From: an uncultured Bacilli bacterium | GTDB lineage: Bacteria > Bacillota_I > Bacilli_A > RF39 > UBA660 | NCBI GenBank assembly: GCA_934148995.1 | Contig: CAKPDM010000001.1 | Location: forward strand, 69,073-133,072 | DNA: 64,000 nt | Reading direction: 5' to 3' | Shown: one piece after another, positions 1 through 10,565 of the stretch | How the letters are laid out: every line of letters begins with the position of its first letter | How positions within the stretch are numbered: position 1 is the first letter of the stretch | The notes under the pieces: model-generated | The model's input: only the letters and a program-made list of their open reading frames with translations | What the model was told of the DNA's origin: nothing | The model's database searches: none | Translations under genes and position numbers: made by a program

Positions 1-369
1 TCCCATCTGTTTTGTACTTTTTGTTCATACCATCACTTAAATCTACACTATATAATTTAATGTCTTTTGTATCAGCTTGATAACTAGAAATAGTTGATGC
101 TAATTCTGTATCAGTACTATCATAATAAACTACGTAATATTCTTCATTATCAACAGTAAATGATTCTCCAGCTAATATCTTATCATATTGAATAGTTGAC
201 TCAGTAACTTGTTCTTGCTTCCTTCTCTTAGTTACTTCTTTAGATAAAATTCTTGTTGTTAAAAAATACATAAAAAGTAATAGTAATAAACCACAGATAA
301 TTATGATAACAATTCTTTTTCCAGCTCCTTGCATTTCATTACTATTATTGTAATAACCTTTATTCATAA
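1..369 (-). CDS. Hypothetical membrane-anchored protein, partial (N-terminus in window, rest beyond window start)
   Basis: ATG at 369 (minus) follows GGAGG RBS; translation MNKGYYNNSNEMQGAGKRIVIIICGLLLLLFMYFLTT... has one N-terminal TM helix; open to window edge; not in ORF track because partial. Confidence 0.35.
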
Positions 370-376
370 TACCTCC

Positions 377-1753
377 TTAAAATTCGCAGTTTCCTGGTGT
401 TCTTGGGAATGGTATTACATCTCTTATATTTTCCATTCCTGTTAGATAAATAAGTAGTCTTTCAAATCCAAGACCAAATCCTGAATGTTTTACTCCTCCA
501 TATTGACGAAGACGTAAATACCAGTCTAGTTCTTCTTCATCCATCTTTAATTCGTCCATTCTACTCTTTAAGACATCATATCTTTCTTCTCTTTGACTTC
601 CTCCCATTAATTCACCTGCTTGTGGTACTAAGAAGTCGACAGCTGCAACTGTTTCATTATCATCATTTAAGCGCATATAGAAAGCTTTTATATCTTTTGG
701 CCAATCAGTTACAAATACAGGAGCTTTGAAATATTCTTCAGTTAAGTATTTTTCATGTTCTTTAGCTAAGTCTTCACCGTATTCTGGTTTATTCTCAAAG
801 TCTTTACCGCTTTCCTTAAGAATTGTAATTGCTTCTTTATGAGTAATTCTCTTTGGTTCAGCATTTAAGACAGTATTTAATCTTTCTAATAAACCAGGAT
901 GAACAAAGCTATCAAAGAACTTAAGTTCTGAATATGCATTTTCCATTACATATTTTATAATGTAACGAAGCATATCTTCCTCTACATCCATTAATCTATC
1001 TAATTCACAAAAAGCCATTTCTGGTTCAATCATCCAAAATTCAGATGCGTGTGTTTTAGTATTAGAGTTCTCTGCTCTAAATGTTGGTCCAAAAGTATAA
1101 ATATTTTTAAATGCTAAAGCAAATATTTCTCCTTGTAATTGACCAGATACAGTAAGAGCTGTTCTTTTACCAAAGAAGTCTTTGCTATAATCGATTTCTT
1201 TACCTTTTAAATTTTCAAAATCAAGAGTTGATACTTGGAACATTTCACCAGCTCCTTCACAATCACTTGCAGTAATTAATGGAGCATGTAAATAAACAAA
1301 TCCTTTATCTTGAAAATATTTATGAATTGCCATTGCAGCAACACTTCTTACTCTAAATACAGCTTGAAAAGTATTTGTTCTAGGACGTAAATATGCAATT
1401 TCTCTTAAAAATTCCATAGAATGTCTTTTAGGTTGTAAAGGATAATCTTCTGGACAATCTCCTTCAAGAGTAATTTTCTTTGCTTGAATTTCAAACTCTT
1501 GACCTGCTTTTGGACTTTCTACAACCAATCCTGTAACACTGATAGCACTACCTACTCTTAATTTTTGAATATCATCAAAATTAGCTAATGATTTATCATA
1601 CACTATTTGAACAGATTCAAATACTGTTCCATCAAAAAATGTGATAAATCCAAATTCCTTTTGTTTACGATGATTTCTAATCCAACCATTTATAGTTACT
1701 TCTTTATTTAAGTATTTACTTATATCTTTATAAATATCACGAACATCTATCAT
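377..1753 (-). CDS. asnS: Asparagine--tRNA ligase (class II aaRS)
   Basis: 458 aa; N-terminal OB-fold anticodon-binding region, class II motifs incl. ...[12 protein letters not shown]... and C-terminal GFGLGFERL; length typical of AsnRS. Confidence 0.88.
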   Translation of the reverse strand: MIDVRDIYKDISKYLNKEVTINGWIRNHRKQKEFGFITFFDGTVFESVQIVYDKSLANFDDIQKLRVGSAISVTGLVVESPKAGQEFEIQAKKITLEGDCPEDYPLQPKRHSMEFLREIAYLRPRTNTFQAVFRVRSVAAMAIHKYFQDKGFVYLHAPLITASDCEGAGEMFQVSTLDFENLKGKEIDYSKDFFGKRTALTVSGQLQGEIFALAFKNIYTFGPTFRAENSNTKTHASEFWMIEPEMAFCELDRLMDVEEDMLRYIIKYVMENAYSELKFFDSFVHPGLLERLNTVLNAEPKRITHKEAITILKESGKDFENKPEYGEDLAKEHEKYLTEEYFKAPVFVTDWPKDIKAFYMRLNDDNETVAAVDFLVPQAGELMGGSQREERYDVLKSRMDELKMDEEELDWYLRLRQYGGVKHSGFGLGFERLLIYLTGMENIRDVIPFPRTPGNCEF

Positions 1754-1902
1754 CTCGATGCCTCCTCTTCTTTTAATATTATAGAGAAAATTTGTACTAA
1801 CGTCAATTATTTCAAAGAAAAAGAAGTAACTGGAGTTAACTAATATAAAGAATTTTAATTTATTACTGACTAGTGTATTTTTTTATGACTTTTAGCAGTT
1901 TA

Positions 1903-1918
1903 TTACAGTGCACTGTAA
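1903..1918. promoter_or_regulatory. Perfect 16-bp palindrome TTACAGTGCACTGTAA in asnS upstream region (operator-like)
   Basis: seen directly; no spacer so more like a dimeric protein-binding site than a terminator hairpin; followed by T-run. Confidence 0.3.
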
Positions 1919-1965
1919 TTTTTTACTATTTTTAGAAATTTATTACGATATAACAGAATATTTCT

Positions 1966-1992
1966 GTACAAAAAAATAGTCACATTGACTAT
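1966..1992 (-). terminator. Rho-independent terminator of lipoprotein gene (hairpin overlaps stop codon)
   Basis: minus strand reads TAGTCA-ATG-TGACTA followed by TTTTTTG. Confidence 0.5.
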
Positions 1993-2999
1993 TTCATTGT
2001 TGGTAACACATTTATTGAAGATGCTATCTCTACTAACTCTTCTTGATTCATTACATCACTTACTAAGTAATACTCCATATTACCACTACTCCAAGTAAGT
2101 GAATTATCAGATAGAGCTCCAATTGTATCCATAAACATATATGGTTCTCCAATAGTTGGAATGATAGTTAATTCATCTTCCTTTTTAGCAGTTTCTTCTA
2201 CTAATAAAAATGGTTTCTCGCCTTCAAAAGTAAGAATTACTCTTTCTCCACCAGTTTTAGTTAGTTTTTCCTCACTTTTTAGTTTTGTTCCTTCTGGTAC
2301 TACTAGCGGATAAATAATATCATCAATACTACTAGTTTGTTTAGTATCTTTTGTATCAGTATCTTCAAAAGTACTCATAATGTCTTCAATTTCAAAATAG
2401 TTCTTTCCAAACTTTGGACTCTTATCAACACTTTTGACATTTAAAGTGATTTTTGGAATATCATTATCATTAAGTACTTCTACTTTTTTGACTGTTAATT
2501 TATTATCTACTGTTACTTTTTGTTTTATTAAATTTCTATTATTTGGATAATTTACAGTACTAGTAAAAATATAATTATTTTTATCTTTTTCCATAGTAGC
2601 TTTATTATCATTTTCTATATCTTGAATAATTGATTGTAACAAATAGACCTGTGAATTATTATAAGGCCAGTCACTTTGGAACTTGAAACTTTTCTTTAAA
2701 CTAGGTGTTAGAACATAAACTCCCTCATCATTTTTTAAAATTATTTGTTCATGATCATTAGCTGTATTTTTCAAACTTATTCTGTAATAATCACCTTTTT
2801 TATATGCTGATGTTACTTGGTAATTATAAGTATCGTCATTATTAACTACTTCTAACTTTCCTGTTAAGATATAACCTTTACTATTGTTTATATCTTTAGA
2901 CATATTTTTTAAAACATTTTGCTCACCATTTTTAGAACAACCAGTGACAACTAAAAGAGAAAGTAGTAATAAAAGACTAATCTTTTTCAATATATTCAC
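1989..2999 (-). CDS. Putative lipoprotein (signal peptide + lipobox LVVTGC)
   Basis: MNILKKISLLLLLSLLVVTGCSKNG; rest hydrophilic, N/K/T-rich; no recognisable catalytic motif. Confidence 0.6.
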   Translation of the reverse strand: MNILKKISLLLLLSLLVVTGCSKNGEQNVLKNMSKDINNSKGYILTGKLEVVNNDDTYNYQVTSAYKKGDYYRISLKNTANDHEQIILKNDEGVYVLTPSLKKSFKFQSDWPYNNSQVYLLQSIIQDIENDNKATMEKDKNNYIFTSTVNYPNNRNLIKQKVTVDNKLTVKKVEVLNDNDIPKITLNVKSVDKSPKFGKNYFEIEDIMSTFEDTDTKDTKQTSSIDDIIYPLVVPEGTKLKSEEKLTKTGGERVILTFEGEKPFLLVEETAKKEDELTIIPTIGEPYMFMDTIGALSDNSLTWSSGNMEYYLVSDVMNQEELVEIASSINVLPTMK

Positions 3000-3101
3000 C
3001 TCATTTATGTTTTCATTTCATTATATTAAAAATTTTTCTTAAATATTCACGAATAATTTTAAAAAAAATTACAAAGACTAAAAAAGAAAAAGGAGGAATT
3101 T

Positions 3102-3296
3102 ATGGATACATTAAAAAAAGTATGTTTAGTATTAATTATAATTGGAGCGATTAACTGGGCTTTTGTTGGATTATTCAATATCGACTTAGTTGCTTCTTTA
3201 TTTGGAGGCTCTGATAATATTATTGCTAAAATTATTTATATTATTATAGGTATTGCTGGTTTAATTGATATCAGTTATTTATTTGACCACGACTAA
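3102..3296 (+). CDS. DUF378-family small membrane protein
   Basis: 64 aa, two TM helices, motif IGAINWAFVGLF typical of DUF378. Confidence 0.6.
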   Translation: MDTLKKVCLVLIIIGAINWAFVGLFNIDLVASLFGGSDNIIAKIIYIIIGIAGLIDISYLFDHD

Positions 3297-3321
3297 AAAA
3301 AGAGCTTTCGCTCTTCTTTTA
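3297..3321. terminator. Bidirectional terminator between convergent DUF378 gene and cdaR
   Basis: AAAAAAAGAGC-TTTC-GCTCTTCTTTT hairpin flanked by A-run and T-run. Confidence 0.5.
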
Positions 3322-4677
3322 CTTTGCAGTAATTTTAACTTTGACTTTCTTAACTTTTGGTGTGTAAGTAAGTTTTACATCATCACCTGTTACTTTAACT
3401 TCAACTTCATGTTCACCAACGCCTAAATCTTTTAGGTCTACATAAGCTTTAATAATTGATTGATCAATATTATCAATTATTGACTTACTACCTTTAACTA
3501 CTACTGTTACTTTACTATCTGCTTCACTGGAAGCCTGTACTTTGTACTTAGATGTATCTAAGTTTTCAGTAGCAATTGATATATCTTGGAATTCTTTAAC
3601 AGTTGAATCATCAATTACCACTTTAACAGTTACCGTCTTAGTACTGATATCAGTAACTCCTGTTGGTTTCTTAAGTGTTACTGTATAATCTTTGCTCTTT
3701 TCAAGTCCAGTTACATCTACTTCTACTGGTAAAGAACTAATATTTGCTAATGCTTCTTCACTACCATAAACTGTTACATTAGTAACACTTGTACTTAAAG
3801 ACTTAATTGCTTTACCGAAAGCTAAATCTCCTTTTGGTACTATCTTTAGTGGTACTTCTTTACTTGGTGAAGTAATAACTACTTTAGCTGTTACAGTTTT
3901 AGGTACAATTTCTACATCAACTACTTTTCCGTTTGTATCATATGCAACTAATTGAACATTCTTAAGTGTCATTTCTCCAGGTTCTGGGTTAACAAAGTCA
4001 TCTACATCTACTAAAGCTTTTACTGTAGCAACTTTCTTAAGTTTCTGTTCTGCACCTTTGATAATAACTTCGCTACGATCTAGTTCTACTTTATCAATAT
4101 TTAACTTACTATCTAAATTATCTTTATGTAAGATATCATAAGTTAATGTTCTAGTAGCACTTACTTTTTCGTAAATTGTTACTGTTACAGATGATGGATC
4201 TAATCTATAATCTAATGATTTAAGTCTTTGACTATATTTTAGTGTAACTTTATGTTGACCTGGTTTTAATCCTGTAAGGTCTACTGTTACTCCTTCACTT
4301 GGTGATTGCTTTGCTAAGAAGATATGTCTTTTTTGTCCTACCAGTGTTATATCAACTGTTTTTGGTAGGCCTTCAACTACATAAGCTTCTTCATTATAAG
4401 TAGCTGTTACTGGTTGAGCATAAAGTATTTCAGCATACTGATCAATAGTAGCACTACTTTCACCATCTATTATGAAAAAGATACACAGTGCCACTAATAA
4501 ACTAATAACTATAAGTGTTTGTTTTCTTCCTAAAAATCTTTCTATACTTTTAGCATTTTTCTTTGAAAAATCAGTAACTTTTAAAATCAACTTTGTTATG
4601 GGAGTAATTAAAATACGGTCAAAGAAAGCTCCAATATGGGAAAAAATTTTTCCTATTCCTCTAAATATCTTCTTCAT
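3319..4677 (-). CDS. cdaR: CdaA regulatory protein CdaR (YbbR-like repeats), membrane anchored
   Basis: 452 aa; N-terminal TM, repeated beta-rich YbbR-like modules (VTV.., KV.., TGDDVKL); overlaps cdaA by 17 bp as in cdaA-cdaR operons. Confidence 0.7.
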   Translation of the reverse strand: MKKIFRGIGKIFSHIGAFFDRILITPITKLILKVTDFSKKNAKSIERFLGRKQTLIVISLLVALCIFFIIDGESSATIDQYAEILYAQPVTATYNEEAYVVEGLPKTVDITLVGQKRHIFLAKQSPSEGVTVDLTGLKPGQHKVTLKYSQRLKSLDYRLDPSSVTVTIYEKVSATRTLTYDILHKDNLDSKLNIDKVELDRSEVIIKGAEQKLKKVATVKALVDVDDFVNPEPGEMTLKNVQLVAYDTNGKVVDVEIVPKTVTAKVVITSPSKEVPLKIVPKGDLAFGKAIKSLSTSVTNVTVYGSEEALANISSLPVEVDVTGLEKSKDYTVTLKKPTGVTDISTKTVTVKVVIDDSTVKEFQDISIATENLDTSKYKVQASSEADSKVTVVVKGSKSIIDNIDQSIIKAYVDLKDLGVGEHEVEVKVTGDDVKLTYTPKVKKVKVKITAK

Positions 4678-5494
4678 ATAACTCTTCCTCTTCTAATTCT
4701 TCCTGATCATAAGTACTATTTGTTTTTGGTTTTAATTCATCTATTAACATCATTCTAACATCATCTAATGATAAGTTATAATAAAGTTCTCCCTTAATAG
4801 CTACTGATAAACGACCGGTTTCTTCTGACACAACCAAACAAATAGCATCTGTTTCTTCTGCTAGTCCTAAAGCAGCTCTATGTCTTGTTCCAACATGTTT
4901 ATTTATTTTTGTACTACTACTAGTTGGAAATACTGCTCCAGCACAAGTTATACGATCTCCTTGAATAATAACTCCTCCATCATGAAGTGGGTTACCTTCA
5001 TAGAATATTGCCCCTAATAGGTCACTTGTTAAATCTGCGTAAACTTTTTTAGCTTTATCAATGTAATTGCCTAAACTTACATCACGTTCTATTACCATTA
5101 AGGCACCGATACGATTTTTTCTTAAGTAATCCATTGCTTGAATTATTTCGTAGACTAAGTGTTCTCTTTCATCTACAGTTAAAGTTTTATGTCTTCCTAA
5201 AAGTTGACTTCTTCCTAATTGTTCTAGAATATTACGTATTTCTGGTTGGAAGATAACGATAAGTGCTAGTGGTCCATACATAATTATATATTCAAGTAGA
5301 ACACCTACTGTAGTAAAACCACAAATATCACTTATTACTTTCAAAAATACGATAATAACGACACCTTTAAATAAAAGTGTCAATTTTACACTATTTCTAA
5401 TGCTTTTTAATAATATATATACCATTAACCAAACTATTGAAATATCAATAATTTTTTTAATTATTGTAATTACTGTCGTTGCTGTAATAACCAT
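4661..5494 (-). CDS. cdaA: Diadenylate cyclase CdaA (DisA_N/DAC domain)
   Basis: 277 aa; three N-terminal TM helices then DAC motifs ...GAIFYEGNPLHDGGVII..., RHRAALGLAEETDAICLVVSEETG. Confidence 0.85.
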   Translation of the reverse strand: MVITATTVITIIKKIIDISIVWLMVYILLKSIRNSVKLTLLFKGVVIIVFLKVISDICGFTTVGVLLEYIIMYGPLALIVIFQPEIRNILEQLGRSQLLGRHKTLTVDEREHLVYEIIQAMDYLRKNRIGALMVIERDVSLGNYIDKAKKVYADLTSDLLGAIFYEGNPLHDGGVIIQGDRITCAGAVFPTSSSTKINKHVGTRHRAALGLAEETDAICLVVSEETGRLSVAIKGELYYNLSLDDVRMMLIDELKPKTNSTYDQEELEEEELYEEDI

Positions 5495-5549
5495 ATCTTT
5501 CCTCCTTACTTCTTATTAGTATACTATATTTTTATTAATTTGTAATCTC

Positions 5550-6230
5550 CTAATTAGCTTGTTCTTTCACTGGTTGTACTGTTGTATTATTTTCAACTAT
5601 AACTTGTGGTATAGGATTTATCTTTAATGGTTCAACTGATTGTGGAGTAGCTACTGTCTGTTGTGGCTTTTCTATAACCTCCTGCACTACTGGAGTCTGA
5701 TTAGTTACCACTGTTTGAATTGTCGGAAGTGGTTCTTTTACTGCTGTTACATTTGTAGAAACTGGTTGTGCTTGAACAACAGTTGTTACAGGTGACACTA
5801 CTGGCTTAACTTCTTGAGCAGTGTTTGTTACAGGTTGAACTACCGTTTGAGCTGCTTGAACAGGTGTTACAACTGTTTTAACTGGTTCTACTGGAACAGT
5901 TTTTATTTCTTCTACTGGTTGTACCACCACTTGTTGGTGAACTTGTGGAACTGCTTGTTCTACTGCTACCGACTGAGCTACAGGAATCTCATTAACTGGA
6001 GTTACCACTGCACTAACAACAGGAATTGGGGCGGTTGCCTCAACTGATTTGACCACTTCACCAGGACCAGCTACCTCGGCATATTTCTCTTTTTGTTTCT
6101 TTTCCTTGATTTTATTTTCTGCTAAATAGCCAATACAAGCAAATATTAAAATGATTGCAATTATCACTACGATAACATAAACAGGACCACTAAGAGTGTC
6201 CCTAAAAAAATGTACAAAAACTTCCATCAT
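5550..6230 (-). CDS. Membrane-anchored low-complexity protein (V/P/Q/T-rich periodic repeats)
   Basis: 226 aa; one TM (VYVIVVIIAIILIFACIGYL) then ~170 aa of VxPV/QxVV-type repeats; nucleotide sequence visibly periodic. Confidence 0.5.
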   Translation of the reverse strand: MMEVFVHFFRDTLSGPVYVIVVIIAIILIFACIGYLAENKIKEKKQKEKYAEVAGPGEVVKSVEATAPIPVVSAVVTPVNEIPVAQSVAVEQAVPQVHQQVVVQPVEEIKTVPVEPVKTVVTPVQAAQTVVQPVTNTAQEVKPVVSPVTTVVQAQPVSTNVTAVKEPLPTIQTVVTNQTPVVQEVIEKPQQTVATPQSVEPLKINPIPQVIVENNTTVQPVKEQAN

Positions 6231-6276
6231 TCACCCTCTATTCTTATCTTTATAATAACATTATGAGCTTTCTTTT

Positions 6277-8088
6277 TCAAGAATTGTTTTCTCTTAACAC
6301 TAAATAAATATAACTAGTATAAAAAGGTATTAAGAAGACAAATGGCATACTATATCTAAAGTAGGTATTAGCAGGAGAAATGAAACAAATTAACAATGAT
6401 AGAAAGCTTGGCAACATAGCAATTATGTATTTCTTTTCTTTTGAACATAGTAAGTAAACAATAATTGTTAATAAAGCCATAGCTGAAAATCCAATATTTG
6501 ATAATAAACCTACTACTGGTAAATAAGGAAATATTATTCCATAACCAGAAAGAACAGTTCTTAAAAATGATAATTTATTATAATGATAATTAACTAAATT
6601 ATCTTCAGTTATTAATTTGTTATAATTTTTTCCAGAATAGATATACCAATTAGAAGTATCTGGATAAAAATAACCATAAGTATTATTTAAAGTTGCTTCC
6701 AAATAAGTTGCTGGATGAAGTAAAAACTCTTTCCACCAAACTTGAAAATAATCTTTTAATTCTTTCTTTGTTGTATATTTATTATATTGATTTTTAACCG
6801 GATCAGCTAAGTTTGGATTATATCTTTCTTTTAATGTATCATAACCTAATACTTTATCTATTTTTTCTTTTTCTTCTTCACTAATTTCTTTTTCGTGTTC
6901 TTTTACATATCTTGCTGTTTGTTGAAATGGTACTGATAATTGTTCTCTAACACTTCCTGCTGGTATCTTTAATGCTGGTAAAAGAACTTTATCATAACCT
7001 ATATAAGTAGTTAAGACAAATAGTAATAAAACACTAAGACAAAGTAATTCTTTTCTTTTGTAGATAGCTAAGACAATTAAAGTTAATACGGCTACATAAA
7101 TACCATTATTTCTTAGTAGATATAGCAAAATACTTAAAGTACCAAGAGCAATATACTCTTTTGTTTCTATTTCTTTCTTATCTACTATTTTAAACAATGT
7201 CATTACAAAGAAAATTAGTATAGCTGTATAAAGTGTATCTTTAACAGCACTCATTGCATAGAAAGGAAACATCGGTACTAATGAATAGATTGCTAATAAA
7301 ATTAGTGCTAAGCTAACTGACTTGTTTTTTTTATAAAGATACGAAATAGTACAAGCTAAGCTACTTGCTAAAGTAATACTTTGCATTATTGCATATAAAA
7401 ATAAACCAAAATTATCACTACCAAATAAACGACCGATTTTTATAGAAGTCCCTAACAACATAGTATGAAATACTGGATGGTGATTAGTTAAGTTTACTTT
7501 ATTTGATAATGGAATAACATAATCTATATATTTTGTTTTTACATTGAAAAACTGTTTTATTTGAAAGCTTGGGTCTTTTGATAAAATCAAAGGATAAAAT
7601 GCTAACATATAGATAGACCAAGCTATTAAGATAACTACTACTGAAAAGAGAAATGGGTGACTTTTAAATTTCTTAATTAGTTTATTATTAGTATTAATTT
7701 TAATAGATACTTTTCTTTCTAAAAATGTATCAATAAAATAAAATATTGTCTTTATTAAATAGTAATAGCAAAATAATTGAACTAAACTTATCAAAATAAG
7801 AGTAGGACTATTAAAGACTAAACCAAAGGAACCTATCTCTTGATAACTAGCTCCTATTACATAACAAAAAGAGAAAATACCTGCTAAAATATGTTTTAAA
7901 GGAGATGTCTTTTTATTATACCTTTTATAGAAAAGATAAAATGTTATAACTAGTATAGCCATTAATGAAAAACCTAGTTTTACTATATTTATATTAGGCA
8001 TTACTTTATCATAAATCATTTTTTTATTAATTGACATTGCTAAAACAGTTAATACACTTAGTAGGAAATAAACTATTTTCTTCTTCAT
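6277..8088 (-). CDS. Polytopic integral membrane protein, possible GT-C-fold glycosyltransferase (YfhO/PMT-like)
   Basis: 603 aa, >12 predicted TM helices and a soluble loop ~aa 380-480; divergent from a GT2 gene and next to DUF368. Confidence 0.4.
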   Translation of the reverse strand: MKKKIVYFLLSVLTVLAMSINKKMIYDKVMPNINIVKLGFSLMAILVITFYLFYKRYNKKTSPLKHILAGIFSFCYVIGASYQEIGSFGLVFNSPTLILISLVQLFCYYYLIKTIFYFIDTFLERKVSIKINTNNKLIKKFKSHPFLFSVVVILIAWSIYMLAFYPLILSKDPSFQIKQFFNVKTKYIDYVIPLSNKVNLTNHHPVFHTMLLGTSIKIGRLFGSDNFGLFLYAIMQSITLASSLACTISYLYKKNKSVSLALILLAIYSLVPMFPFYAMSAVKDTLYTAILIFFVMTLFKIVDKKEIETKEYIALGTLSILLYLLRNNGIYVAVLTLIVLAIYKRKELLCLSVLLLFVLTTYIGYDKVLLPALKIPAGSVREQLSVPFQQTARYVKEHEKEISEEEKEKIDKVLGYDTLKERYNPNLADPVKNQYNKYTTKKELKDYFQVWWKEFLLHPATYLEATLNNTYGYFYPDTSNWYIYSGKNYNKLITEDNLVNYHYNKLSFLRTVLSGYGIIFPYLPVVGLLSNIGFSAMALLTIIVYLLCSKEKKYIIAMLPSFLSLLICFISPANTYFRYSMPFVFLIPFYTSYIYLVLRENNS

Positions 8089-8226
8089 AAATACCTCTTT
8101 TCTATTTAATTATATACTATTTAATAGAATTTTAACTATTTTTCTTCACTGATATTGTAAATAGTTGTCGTTTAATTACAGAAGTTAAATCAATTTTTAC
8201 TTCATAAGTTTTAATGAGGTGAAAAT

Positions 8227-9528
8227 ATGGGAACTAGTATTATTATTCTTACTTACAATAATTTAGAAAAAACAAAGTTATGTCTTGAAAGCATTAGAAA
8301 ATATACCAAGGATGAAGTTTATGAAATTATCGTCGTTGATAACCATTCTACTGATGGAACAAAAGAATGGTTAAAGGTTCAAAATGATATAAAGGTTATT
8401 TACAATGATACTAATTTAGGTTTTCCGATAGGTTGCAATCAAGGGATTGAAATAGCTAATCATAATTACGATATACTTCTTCTTAATAATGACACTATTG
8501 TTACTAGTAATTGGTTAACTAATTTAAGGAAGTGTTTATATCATAGTAATAGCATTGGAGCAGTTGGACCAATTTCTAATTGTAATGACAATTTACAAGG
8601 GTGTAATTTTATTTATAATGATTATCAAGATATGCAAAGTAAAGCTAGTTTAAATAATATCAGTGATAATAATCGGTGGGAAGAAAAGGCCTTTTTAATT
8701 GGTTTTTGTCTTTTAATTAAAAGAGCAGTTATTAATAAAATTAAAGTTTTAGATACTAGTTATTCACCAGGTTATATAGAAGACAATGATTTATCATTAC
8801 AAATTATTTCTTTAGGATATAAACTATTTTTATGTCATGATTCATTCGTTTATCACGATAGAGGAACAGCATTCCGAAGTGATACTGCTAAGTTCAATGC
8901 ACTTATTCTAAAAAACAGACAAATATTTGAAAATAAATGGCATTTCTCTTGTTTTGAATTTGATAAAAGTAAAAATGCTTCTATTTTTTTAGGAAGTGGT
9001 AATAACATTTTAGATTACAACTCTGGTATTGGGGTTTCTTCTTTAAGAATTAAGTATTATTTTAAAAATGCTAATATCACTTCTCTTGAAAGCGATGATA
9101 ATAAGAGATTGTTTAGTAATAAGTTTTTTAAAACGGTTAAGTCTTTAGAAGAACTAGATAATTCTTCATTTGATACTATTTATATTGGTAATTCTTTAGA
9201 GTCCGTTGATAATCCTTTTGTTTTTCTTAATTCATTAAAAAGATATTTAACTACTAATGGAAAAATAGTTGGTGAATGTAAAAATATTAGTTCTATAAAA
9301 AACATCAGCTTGTTATTAAATGACAACTGGTATTATGAAAATTTCGAGAAACAAAATTATTTTACAAGTAATGATATTACTCATCTAGCAACTGATTCTG
9401 GTTATAAGGTTACCACTCTTTATCCTTTCACTTGTAATTTAAGTGACAAAGAAAAAGAATTAGAAAAGTTATTTGGTTCTAATTCTCTTAATACTTACTA
9501 TTATTCTTTTGTTCTTGAAAGACTATAA
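8227..9528 (+). CDS. Family 2 glycosyltransferase fused to C-terminal class I SAM-methyltransferase-like domain
   Basis: N-term IILTYNNLEKT..VVDNHSTDGT (GT2 DxD context), C-term LDYNSGIG / FDTIYIGNSLE / GKIV resembling MTase motifs I-III. Confidence 0.65.
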   Translation: MGTSIIILTYNNLEKTKLCLESIRKYTKDEVYEIIVVDNHSTDGTKEWLKVQNDIKVIYNDTNLGFPIGCNQGIEIANHNYDILLLNNDTIVTSNWLTNLRKCLYHSNSIGAVGPISNCNDNLQGCNFIYNDYQDMQSKASLNNISDNNRWEEKAFLIGFCLLIKRAVINKIKVLDTSYSPGYIEDNDLSLQIISLGYKLFLCHDSFVYHDRGTAFRSDTAKFNALILKNRQIFENKWHFSCFEFDKSKNASIFLGSGNNILDYNSGIGVSSLRIKYYFKNANITSLESDDNKRLFSNKFFKTVKSLEELDNSSFDTIYIGNSLESVDNPFVFLNSLKRYLTTNGKIVGECKNISSIKNISLLLNDNWYYENFEKQNYFTSNDITHLATDSGYKVTTLYPFTCNLSDKEKELEKLFGSNSLNTYYYSFVLERL

Positions 9529-10416
9529 TTATTCATCTTTTGCTAATTCTTTTTTATAGAATGGTAAGTTTTTAACTTGTTGAAATGCTAATACTATTAC
9601 TACTCCTATAATAAAGAATATTATACTGAATGTCTTTAATGTCATTGCTGCTTGTGGAACTTTTAATGTTGTTGGTCCAATTACTATTGCATATAATGAA
9701 CCAATCATCATTCCAATAATAGCATATACAATCGCACTACGATGATTATCTAGTAGTTTCTTTATTAATCTTAAAACTGTTGCTACTCCGAAAAGTATAC
9801 CAAGTCCTAAAGTAAATAGTAAAGCAAAGCTACTAAAATCGAAATGTAAAAAATCTTTTACACCATTGATTACTGGTATATATAAACCAAAAGATAAAAG
9901 AATTGTTGAACCAGAAATTCCTGGTAAAACCATTGCAGATATAGCAAGCATTCCTGCTATAAATATATAAACAAGCATTCCGATATTTAAGTGTGTTAAG
10001 TCTAGATTACTTCCCATTTTTAATGATGATAATAAAATAACAGCTGCTGCTCCGATGATAGCCCAAATAATATTCTGATATTTTCCTTTAACAGATTCTT
10101 TTTCTTCCATAATCATTACTGGAATTGCTGCTATAATGAATCCTAAGAATAAGGAACTCATCTTGTATATCTCTTTATCAAATAAGTTAGCTAGAATAGT
10201 AACAGCTAAGCCCATTCCAACAATCCAACCTACAAATATCTTAGCTAGAAATTTAATTGATTTTATTCTTTCTTCTTTTGTACCTTTCATTAAATAGTTT
10301 AATGAATTAATAAATTTATCAAAAAATCCCATTAAAAATGCGATTGTTCCGCCACTTACTCCTGGAACACTATCAGCTAATGCCATAAAGAAACCTCTTA
10401 TGAAGTCAATAATCAT
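9529..10416 (-). CDS. DUF368-family membrane protein (polyprenyl-phosphate transporter family)
   Basis: 295 aa; duplicated motif PGVSGGTIAFLMG ... PGISGSTILLSFG characteristic of DUF368. Confidence 0.6.
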   Translation of the reverse strand: MIIDFIRGFFMALADSVPGVSGGTIAFLMGFFDKFINSLNYLMKGTKEERIKSIKFLAKIFVGWIVGMGLAVTILANLFDKEIYKMSSLFLGFIIAAIPVMIMEEKESVKGKYQNIIWAIIGAAAVILLSSLKMGSNLDLTHLNIGMLVYIFIAGMLAISAMVLPGISGSTILLSFGLYIPVINGVKDFLHFDFSSFALLFTLGLGILFGVATVLRLIKKLLDNHRSAIVYAIIGMMIGSLYAIVIGPTTLKVPQAAMTLKTFSIIFFIIGVVIVLAFQQVKNLPFYKKELAKDE

Positions 10417-10565
10417 TAATATCCACCTCTCTTTATCATATTATGATTTTATTTATTTGATAATCACAAATGATATATTGAGTATAGCATAATTCCATAA
10501 AAAAAAATAGCTAGCATTTTTGTTATTCATGTCTTTGACCTGTGACCAGTCTAGGACTTTATTCT

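Noticed and set aside
1754-1988. T-box leader upstream of asnS
   Set aside because: The region is too short (~235 nt) and lacks a T-box consensus (AATTAGGGTGGNACCGCG-like) or specifier or antiterminator structure.
4472-4681. Short + strand ORFs lying antisense inside longer minus-strand genes, all 62-119 aa. Examples are 4472-4681, 5814-6047, 11916-12275, 15173-15394, 18565-18780, 19556-19750, 21909-22127, 25156-25344, 48699-48899, 49737-50048, 52619-52810, 53731-54374, 56381-56778, 56794-57069, 58408-58674, 59121-59390 and 60622-60810.
   Set aside because: They are fully embedded in well-supported genes on the opposite strand and have low-complexity F/L/I/S-rich translations typical of AT-rich antisense frames. 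They lack RBS and homology signals.
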